A stretch of 64,000 nt of DNA from the human T2T-CHM13v2.0 reference genome, Homo sapiens: the NCBI RefSeq assembly GCF_009914755.1, contig NC_060935.1. One strand, written 5' to 3'. The stretch's first letter is position 1. Every line of letters starts with the position of its first letter. Below the pieces are notes generated by a model, which worked only from the letters and a program-made list of their open reading frames with translations, did no database searches and was not told where the DNA came from. Made by a program: the position numbers and the translations under genes. Shown here one piece after another: positions 48,922 to 64,000 of the stretch.

Positions 48922-51229
48922 TCAGTGCCCTGCAGTGCCCTATAGGTACACTGGTTGGAGGAGCTGGGGAAGCTACAGCACCCAGAAAAATCCATTTGAT
49001 GTGTGGAGGGAAAGTTCTGAGTTGACAACAAAGAGTGCCCGTTGCCATGAAAACCACAGTATTAATTTCAGAAATGACTGGGTGGAGCCTCCAAAGCACT
49101 TCATTCCCCTCCCTTCAACATTCTAGGCTTCCCCCACCTTTCAAAAGGGGAAGTGGCACATTTGGGGCATGTGGGCAGCTGGTGGGATGGGTCCGACCCA
49201 GTGAGAGCAGCAGCTGTCCAGCTCCAGCTCAAAGCAGGGCACGAAAAAAAGGAAACAATATAAGTCTTTCTTGGAAGAACTTTAAAGGTTTTTAACTTTT
49301 TAATAAGTGACTTAAGCAGAAGTGCCAAAAAAGCTAAGATAAATAGCTGCTTATAACCAGTATCTACTGGTTTATCTACAAACTAACCAAGTCTCTCTCA
49401 GCCCCTCCCATTCACACTCCAGGCTCTGTAAAGATTTTATCTGAGTCAACTGCAGCCCTGAGCCCCGACCCCTTCTCCAGTTTCTCTCACCCTCCCTCTG
49501 TGGAGGTTCTGAGATTTTGCCCAGTAAGTGGATAAAAGAGCCTCCCCCTTCCCTCATTCTACCCTAGTTTTCTAAGATCATGCCCTGCCCTCAGCCCCTG
49601 ATCCATTCAAACACCCCCTTCCCTTTCTGCTCCTCACCCCAGTCTCTGTGCCATGTGCTGGACCATGGAGTCGGGTCGCCAGCTCTATGTGGTGTTTGGG
49701 TGGCATGAGACTCCCTAGCACCAAGAGAAAACTGCCCAGCAACCACAGACATCCACAGGCGCAGGCTCTGATTGGCTGCCCACAGCAAAAGCAAGGAAAA
49801 GGAAGGATCCAGCAAGCCATGGAGAGCCCAGCGGGGATGGGAAGGGCAAGAGCCCTTGCTGCAGTGACTCAGGCCTCCCTGGGGCAGGGCGGGGGACAGA
49901 AAGAACTCCAGATGTGCTTCCCCTTTCCTGCCTCACATCTGCCGTTAGAAACTTCCACTGTTAACCTCTCCCCTACCCACCACAGCAGAGAAGCCCTTGC
50001 ATCCCACCCCCATCTAGAGGCCAACGGCCCAGCCTTCCTGGGGCCACAACCCTCTCGTCTTGAGGCTCCTCCTCCTGCTTGTGGGTACTGGCCCTAGCCC
50101 AAGTGCAAGCACTGCTTCAAACAACAACCTGGCCACCCTTACTCTGCACCGCGTGGCGAGGGCTGGAGGCAGGATGTGCAGATGACTCACTCTTCCTGCA
50201 GGCAGAGGAAGGCTGAGGTAGGGGTCTCTGCCCCAGCGCAGACCACCTAGTCCATGTGGGCTGCCAGGCCCGCTGCTGCCCATGGCCCACCCAGAACCCC
50301 CGACCCACTTCACAGTTGGGCTTCCCTCCTGAGCCTTTCAAGCAGCCCTCTAAAACCTAAACTACTCTTCCAACTTGGTCCCTCCTGCCTGAGGCTTCAG
50401 CCACAGGAGGTTACGGTAAGCAAACACCAGGAAGGTGGTGAAGGTCCCACAACCACAGAAGGAGGTGTGATTTGAAACAGAATTTGGGAAGAGTCTGACA
50501 GCTTCAGTGAGGCCCCAGCAACAAGCTAAAAGGCACGCCCCAAGCCTGCATCTAGCACTTTCAGTTGCAATCATGGCAAGCACTACTAAGGCCTCCAACT
50601 CCTGGCCTCAGCCATCCCCCCACCCAAGTAGCCAAGACTACAGGAACATGTCAATGCACCAGCTGCACCTAGCATTTTCAGATCCTAGCTAACAAGAGCT
50701 CAGGAGGCTCAGAAGAAAGGTTATCAAGTTTGGACCCAGCTCAAGATGAGCAGCCAGGGAGCAGTCTGAGCAAGCATCAGCCCATCTCCACCCATATGGA
50801 TTCTAAACCACAACTCTTTTCTGCCCACTCCAACTGCAGGTCAAAGTGCTCAGCTGCAGATGACAGCCCTATCCCCTCCCAACTACCAGCCCATTGTATG
50901 TACCTGGTTTCCCCATCCAAGCCAAGAGCCCTCTTCTGTGCCTGGACTAAGAAACAGAATGAAAAAACCACACAGAAAATCATAAGCTGGGGACCAAAGG
51001 CAGTCAACCGTTTCTGCATATGCCTCAAAATGTGACTCAATCTAGAGGTTTCCAGTTTCACCTGAGCTGTTAAATTTACAGGAAGATCTTCAATGATCTT
51101 CGGAAAAGACAGAAGAGCAAGAAAATCTGAAAAGGATATTAATAAAAATTAAGCTCAAAGGGGAAAAAATAGTAACCTTTGGCCTGAGCAGGATATTAGC
51201 TGACAATTACAACTACTCTACCTTCTAGG

Positions 51230-52640
51230 AGGCAGCAGGGTGTGGACACAGGCTTCAAAGTGACACCCACTGGGCGTGGTGGCTCACGCCTGTAATCCAA
51301 ACACTTTGGGAGGCCAAGGTGGGCAAATCATGAGGTCAGGAGTTCGAGACCAGCCTGGCCAACATGATAAAACCCCGTCTCTACTGAAAATACAAAAATT
51401 AGCTGGGCATGGTGCACGTGCCTGTAATCCCAGCTACTCAGGAGGCTGAGGCAGGAGAACTGCTTGAACCAGAACTCAGGAGGTGGAGGTTGTGGTGAGC
51501 CGAGATCACACCATTGCACTCCAGCCTGGGCAACAAGAGTGAAACTGTCTCAAAAAAAAAAAAAAAAGTCACACCCAAGTGAGGCGTGATGGCATGCACC
51601 TATAATCCCACCTACTAAGGGGGCTGAGGTGGGAGGATCACTTGAGGCCAGGACTTCAAAACTGTAGCACGATTGGTGGCTCACGCCTGTAATCCCAGCG
51701 CTTTGGGAGGCCGAGGTGGGCGGATCACGAGGTCAGGAGATCGAGACCACGGTGAAACCCCGTCTCTACTAAAAATACAAAAAATTAGCCTAGCGCGGTG
51801 GCGGGTGCCTGTAGTCCCAGCTACTCAGGAGGCTGAGGCAGGAAAATGGCGTTAACCCGGGAGGCGGAGCTTGCAGTGGAGCCAAGATCGCACCACTGTA
51901 CTCCATCCTGGGCGACAGAGCGAGACTCCCGTCTCAAAGAAAAAAAAAAACTATAGCACGATTGAGCCTTTGTACAGCCAGCCACTGCACTCCAGCCTTA
52001 GCAACATAGCAAGAACCCCAGCTCTCAAATAAATAAAATTTAAAACATTTTCCTGACCCAGTTCTACCAAAAAAATTTTAAATTAAAAAAAAAAAGTGAC
52101 ACCCACTGGGTTCAAAACTCTGCCTCTACCACTTAAAATGTGTGATCACAGTCAAGTTAGTGAAATCTGTAAATCCCTATGCTTCCCGTTAGAAATCAGG
52201 GATACCACCACCAGACTGATAACACAGCCAGGAATGGGCCAATGGGCCAGGCCAGTGTCTGTTCTGAGTAGTCTGTGCCTTGTCCTGCAGGTTTGAGGCA
52301 TTTGAACCACAGCCCTAGGGCAGGCATGGTGATGCATGCCTGCAATCCCACCACTTTGGGAGACCAAGGCGGGACGACCGCTGGAGGTCAGGAGTTTGAG
52401 AACAGCCTCGGCAATGTGGCGAAACCCTACCTCTACAAAAAAAAAAAAAAAAACCCACCACGAAAATTAGCCGGGCGTGGTGGTGCACACCTATAGTCCC
52501 AGCTACTCAGGAGGCTAAGGTGGGAGGATGGCTTGAGCCTGGGAGACAGAGGTTGAGCTGAGACTGCACCACTACACTCCAGCCTGGGCAACAGAGCCAG
52601 ACCTTGTCTGAAAAAAAAAAAGAAAAAAAAAGAAAAAGAA
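51230..52640 (+). mobile_element. Nested MIR / AluS / FAM-like monomer / AluY, followed by an AluJ (52318-52640)
   Basis: TSDs are visible; see the matching finding. Confidence 0.75.
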
Positions 52641-53067
52641 ACTACAACCCTTGCATATTGTCAGCTACCTACCTCACAGGACAGTTACAGGAAATAATGT
52701 AAAGTTCCTTTGCGCTCTGTGAATTATACACGTTAGCTCTTGTTATTAGCAGCTATTCTCTCCCTTCACTGGGAAAGGCCTGGAATCTGATCCCTAAGAA
52801 TTAGGTAGTCACAAAGCCCCATGTCACTACCCGCCCCAACTGCTTCCGCTCTTTCCCAGCTAGAAGACAGTCATCACCGTAGGAGGCAGGGTAATTAAAA
52901 TCACAAGTGAACACAGGCCTCTATTTCTGTTCTTCTGAAGTCTTCTCTCCTGCATATCGAGGTACTGCGAACACAGAAAGTACCCTGCTTCAACATATCT
53001 ACTCCCCTTGAAGACGCCACCACTCACAAAGGAGGCAGGACAGGAAAGGGTTCAATGTTCAGTTTCC

Positions 53068-53073
53068 TTTAAT
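53068..53073 (-). terminator. EEF1G poly(A) signal ATTAAA (3'UTR only ~78 nt)
   Basis: tttaat on +, 56 nt past the stop codon; pyrimidine/GU-rich downstream. Confidence 0.75.
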
Positions 53074-53128
53074 GACCCCCATCTCCCTGAAGGGCAGGTG
53101 CAGGCAGCTAGGTGATGGCAAGAGATGT

Positions 53129-53287
53129 TCACTTGAAGATCTTGCCCTGATTGAAGGCTTTGCCCACATGCTGGAAGGCCCCCTCCCAGGAAAAGTACTC
53201 TCGAACCAGCGTCTGGGTCTCCTCGCTGCCAGGATCCAGTTTCCGCCATGTGTATGACTCGTAGTCCACCTGCCAATCTGGACTCAG
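53129..53287 (-). CDS. EEF1G: EEF1G last exon CDS: [14 protein letters not shown]...NQGKIFK-stop
   Basis: Acceptor atccccag|CTG at 53287/53288; TGA at 53129-53131; 52 aa, translated by hand. Confidence 0.95.
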   Translation of the reverse strand: MSPDWQVDYESYTWRKLDPGSEETQTLVREYFSWEGAFQHVGKAFNQGKIFK

Positions 53288-53518
53288 CTGGGGATAAAAA
53301 GCCAGCATGTGGTCAAGTTATGAGACACCACCCCACACCTGTGTTACTTCCAGCTCAAACACATGTCATCAGACCCCAGGTCTCCTGTGAACATGAACTG
53401 CTCCTTCCTATAAGCATTCCTGAACCCTCCTAAACATCCATCAACTCAGAAATAAAACACAGTGCTTCTTATATCCCTGCCCCACCCTAAAGAGACTCCT
53501 CTCCTCCACCTTCCTCAC

Positions 53519-53643
53519 CGGAAAGGCAAGCTCCTGGCCTCGGAAGACCCAGACTCCAGAAATGGAGCTGCTATTGTTGGTTCCAAAAAGGATGACACTG
53601 GCGAAGGCATTCTTCCTCAGCTTGTCCAGTCGCTGGAACATTC
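53519..53643 (-). CDS. EEF1G: EEF1G exon (125 nt): [14 protein letters not shown]...QELAFP
   Basis: Acceptor cttcag|GA at 53643/53644; donor CCG|gtgagg at 53519/53518. Confidence 0.95.
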
Positions 53644-53756
53644 CTGAAGCGGCAAGGGAGAACATTCAGCCTTTGGAATCACAGCACTTGCTACACCTTG
53701 TTCTCCTTCCTTCTCAGACCCACTCTCTTACCAGTGATGAGATTGCAGCTCATGAA
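53613..53756 (-). ncRNA. MIR3654: miR-3654-like sequence; precursor split by the 88-nt EEF1G intron
   Basis: GACTGGACAAGCTGAGGAA at 53631-53613 matches the mature sequence as I recall it; the 5' arm lies in the upstream exon. Confidence 0.6.
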
Positions 53757-53904
53757 GGTCTGAGTGAGTTCTTCAGGGAAGCGATACTCTGAGTACCACA
53801 GGGACCAGCCGTCCTTATCAAAGTGCTCCCAGAAATATGGCAGTGCCACAGAGAGTGTGTCCTCATTGGAGTACTTGCGCTTAAATTCATCCAACACAAA
53901 GGTA
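53732..53904 (-). CDS. EEF1G: EEF1G exon (173 nt): [17 protein letters not shown]...SCNLIT
   Basis: Acceptor ctcttag|T at 53904/53905; donor ACTG|gtaaga at 53732/53731. Confidence 0.95.
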
Positions 53905-54573
53905 CTAAGAGGAAGAAAGCACAGGGGTCAATCAATAAGGAGGAAGGTTGCCAGGCTAAGAGAAGTGAAGGGTGCTTTCACTTAAAATTTACTAATATAA
54001 AGGAAATGGTCATTGTGCTGGCAGATGTGTATGACCTTATGAGGGAAGTAAGCTCAAGGGGTTTGAACAGGGGCCTAGGACACTCCTCTGCATAAGTATG
54101 CAAGGCATGTGGAGGGTGGAACTCAAAGTGGGACTCTGAGACCTGCCCCAGGAAGGGCATGGCTAACTGCTGCCCCCAGGTGGAGACAGAGTGAGGACTT
54201 CTTTTTCCCTGTTCAGGCCCTCCCCAGGCTGTTTTCCATGAACCACACTAAGTCACTGACTCACCCAAGTCTCTTCCCCCCCACCATACAGGCCTCTTCA
54301 GGTTACACAAGCTGTAACAGGAATGTAAGCAGTGAACATTCTCAAAGGGCCTCCACCCCAAATCTTACACCCATGTCCTTTAGTCCATCTCTGCCTATAA
54401 ACAAGCTTTAGTCTTTTCCAAGGTTTTCCGATGCTGGAAAGCCCTTAGGTTCAGGTTATCTTAAAAGCAATCTGGCATACTGAGCCAAGAATGCCAGCAT
54501 CAATATAGCAGAGGTCACTCCCTCCACGATTGGTGCTCTGTTTTCTTTCTTTCCAGTTATAAACATATACACT

Positions 54574-55830
<1,257 letters not shown>

Positions 55831-55925
55831 TGTGTGTGTATATATGTGTGTGTGTGCATATACATACACATATATATATATATGCTGACTGAAGAAAATC
55901 ACCTATAATGCCAACAAGAGGATAA

Positions 55926-58850
<2,925 letters not shown>

Positions 58851-60257
58851 CTTGGGGAAAGCATTTCTGGCAGCCCTGTAGGGCATCATGGTAACCCAAT
58901 AAATAGACATTAATAAACATTCCCAAAACCATGTTAAGAAAATGTAAAGTTTATTAAATAAAGATTTTAAGTTTACTACTGCCTCATTTATTTCCTGCCC
59001 AGAGTACTGACCTACTATATGTGAAAATCTCTAGCTAATAATTAACAACGTCTGAGTTACAACACAATATGTAATTTGGGTTAATTATCATGACCTATTT
59101 ACACACACCAAAAATCCTGCTCACTCTTGACCTGCACCTGTGCTAAATTCAAGGCAAATCACTAGTTCAAAAAATACATCTTTAAAGAGTGCCTGTGTCT
59201 GGATGGAGCCTTCCTGGTCTTGTACAAAATACCCGGGAGTAAGAACTTTCAGCTATACCCCAAGTTGCTCCCATCTATTAGTGCAATGCTTGTAATTCAC
59301 AATTCTATGCACAGCTACTGTGTCCCTACCAGTGGGTGCTCCTTTAGGCTGGTTCACCCGGTATCCAAGCCATTACAAGATGGGAGAGGGTGAAATGTAA
59401 ACCCTAGCAGACCAAGCAGTAAAAAGATGAACGGCTTTGGAAATGACAGGGTGAGTGGGAGGAAAAAGTACAGAGAAAGAGGAGTTCCAAAGCAAAGTGA
59501 CCACAGAATATATATTTCTCAAACTGCTTGAACTCCCAATAAAATGACTTGGAGCAGTGATGGAAGAAAGACTCCATCCCAGAGAACTGGGCAAGCACTC
59601 AGCGTCCTACATTTTTCATGCCAAAAATCTCGTTTTTACTATATTATTTCTTCCAAGAAGCCCTACCTTTAACTGAAAAAGGGATACAGAGGACACCTAC
59701 TTTCTTCTACTTGGGGACTTTACTCGGTTGTGGAACAATGAACTAGACAGACACTACTTAGCTATGATCTTCATCCTTTTTCTTAGTGAGCAATTTTTGT
59801 ACAGTCTGATTCAGCAAAACAGAAAACAAAACAATTCAAAGGACCCTGCTCTGGCATCCACTATCTCCGCACAGCCGGGCGCGTGGCGCACCGCAAGGCT
59901 CTCTGCACTTTCTTCCTCCCCACGCCTCTCCCTGTATTTGTTCTCAGAGCTCTCAAATGGTCAAATGAGCTTGCTCAAAACCAACTTACCACTATATCAA
60001 AATCTGTTCCTGTCTTTGTTGGAATAGGAGTTCAATCTTCCCCAGTACTGGCTGTACTTGAAACTTGCTCTCCACAATCAAAATTTGCCCAATTCCTGAT
60101 TATCAGCCAGAAAGCTGCTTTATTTGCAACTAAAATATACCTTTAACTTTATATGGACAACCTAAAATTCTGGCTCTAGCTGTGTGTGAGGGGGGACATA
60201 CAGAGGTGAGAACAGGCCTTCTTTGGTCCCACACCCTCCACCCTCCAATATCCTTAC

Positions 60258-60462
60258 CTCTTGGGCAGGTGAGCGAAGGGGTCCTTGGCCTTGGGCTCAG
60301 CAGCCAGCGCCTGCTCACATTCATCCATCTCCTCCTCAGGAGCAGGGGCAGCCGCCTTTTTCTCCTCCTTCCGCTCAGCCTGGGGCTTCTGCTTCTCTTC
60401 CCGTGAACCCTTCTCTTTCCGTGGTGTGTCCTTTTTAGGTTGGGTCTCTGCAAACTTTTTAG
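60258..60462 (-). CDS. EEF1G: EEF1G exon (205 nt): Lys/Glu-rich linker [11 protein letters not shown]...KDPFAHLPK
   Basis: Acceptor ctgcaccag|CT at 60462/60463; donor AAGAG|gtaagg at 60258/60257. Phases are consistent. Confidence 0.95.
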
Positions 60463-60520
60463 CTGGTGCAGAGGAAGGCAGGAAAGTGAACGAATGTTCT
60501 GCCTCTTTCCACACCCCTCC
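60463..60520 (-). ncRNA. MIR6747: 5'-tailed mirtron-type hairpin ending at the EEF1G acceptor AG (miR-6747-like)
   Basis: The 5p arm AGGGGUGUGGAAAGAGGCAGAACA (60518-60495) pairs with the 3p arm UCCUGCCUUCCUCUGCACCAG (60483-60463). The name is from recollection. Confidence 0.7.
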
Positions 60521-60850
60521 AAAACCACACAGAGCAAGCAAGGTAACAGAGGAAACTGACGAATGGGACAAGTAAGGAACTTAGGCCCCAGACTGCTCAT
60601 CAGTTCACTGTGTGTCCTCCAGCAACAACACACTCAGCAACAAATACTTTATATCGCAAATCTATATAGTAATACAAATTAGTCAGGGTATGAGTGTACA
60701 CGAAACTGCACATAATATTAGCTACCACATTGACACCCTACATTCTGCAGGTCCCCATAACCCAAAAGCAAGACAGGAAATCAAGGGGTTGATGCAGAGC
60801 AAACCAGACCCTGATCCTGGCCATATGCCTCCCAGTCTCCTCAGACTCAC

Positions 60851-60980
60851 CATCAAACTGGGCCATCTTCTCACACAGTTTCACTTCGCCCAAGACAGCC
60901 CGGAACTGGGGCTGGTTAATGCAGGTGAGGAACCAGCGGTTGGTATTGGGAAAGGCCTGGCGGAAAGAAGGCTCTAGAAC
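60851..60980 (-). CDS. EEF1G: EEF1G exon (130 nt): [26 protein letters not shown]...AQFD, end of the GST-like domain
   Basis: Acceptor ggcag|GTT at 60980/60981; donor GATG|gtgagt at 60851/60850. Confidence 0.95.
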
Positions 60981-61159
60981 CTGCCAGGACATAAGGGTGT
61001 AAACAAAGTCAGTGGAAAGGCCCTGAAGAGTTCTGTTCACAGCAAGAGTCCTTGCTCTACCTAAGTCCCAGTGCTCACCTTCTTTTCAAACCCTATAGAC
61101 AATAGCTTCATACAACATCATCCTTCCCTGGATTACTTCCCATTTCTTCATTTTTTTCA

Positions 61160-63815
<2,656 letters not shown>

Positions 63816-64000
63816 GCCTCCAAAAAGATCTTAATGCTGAAGCTACCATCATCACCTCTGTCTTCACAACTAAGAATAACCAATCTTCCCAGGAAATATG
63901 GCAACAAACTAAACATCTTAGCTGCCAAACAGAAACTAAAGGCAAGACATTACCCAGCTTCTTAAGAGAATGGAAAGCAAGTGATGGTACTCAGTCCTGG

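Overview
Human genomic DNA, recognised as chr11q12.3. The minus strand carries the complete long-isoform transcription unit of AHNAK: a CpG-island promoter with non-coding exon 1 (~40110-40256), non-coding exon 2 (29919-30017), coding exons 29395-29548 and 28453-28640 (PDZ-like N-terminus), and a giant ~18.2 kb terminal exon (CDS 10194-27524, poly(A) signal 9370-9375). The spliced CDS is 154+188+17331 nt, or 5890 aa plus stop, matching canonical AHNAK. The minus strand also carries the last five coding exons of EEF1G (53129-60980). These host a mirtron-type hairpin (MIR6747-like) and a hairpin that forms only across an exon junction (MIR3654-like). The rest is Alu-dense intronic or intergenic DNA with MIR, L1, MER3 and LTR relics. 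No prokaryote-type system (CRISPR, operon) is present, and I found no convincing novel gene. The best second-look items are: (1) a strong-Kozak uORF in AHNAK exon 1 whose effect, together with the main start context, should depend on exon 2 inclusion; (2) a heptad-quantised two-module grammar and long-range duplications in the AHNAK repeat; (3) two AHNAK codons that differ from the canonical sequence as I recall it; (4) an AP-1/TEAD motif cluster and a candidate distal promoter; (5) a near-zero-spacer inverted Alu pair in EEF1G. Gene, miRNA and repeat-family names come from recognition, not from a database search.
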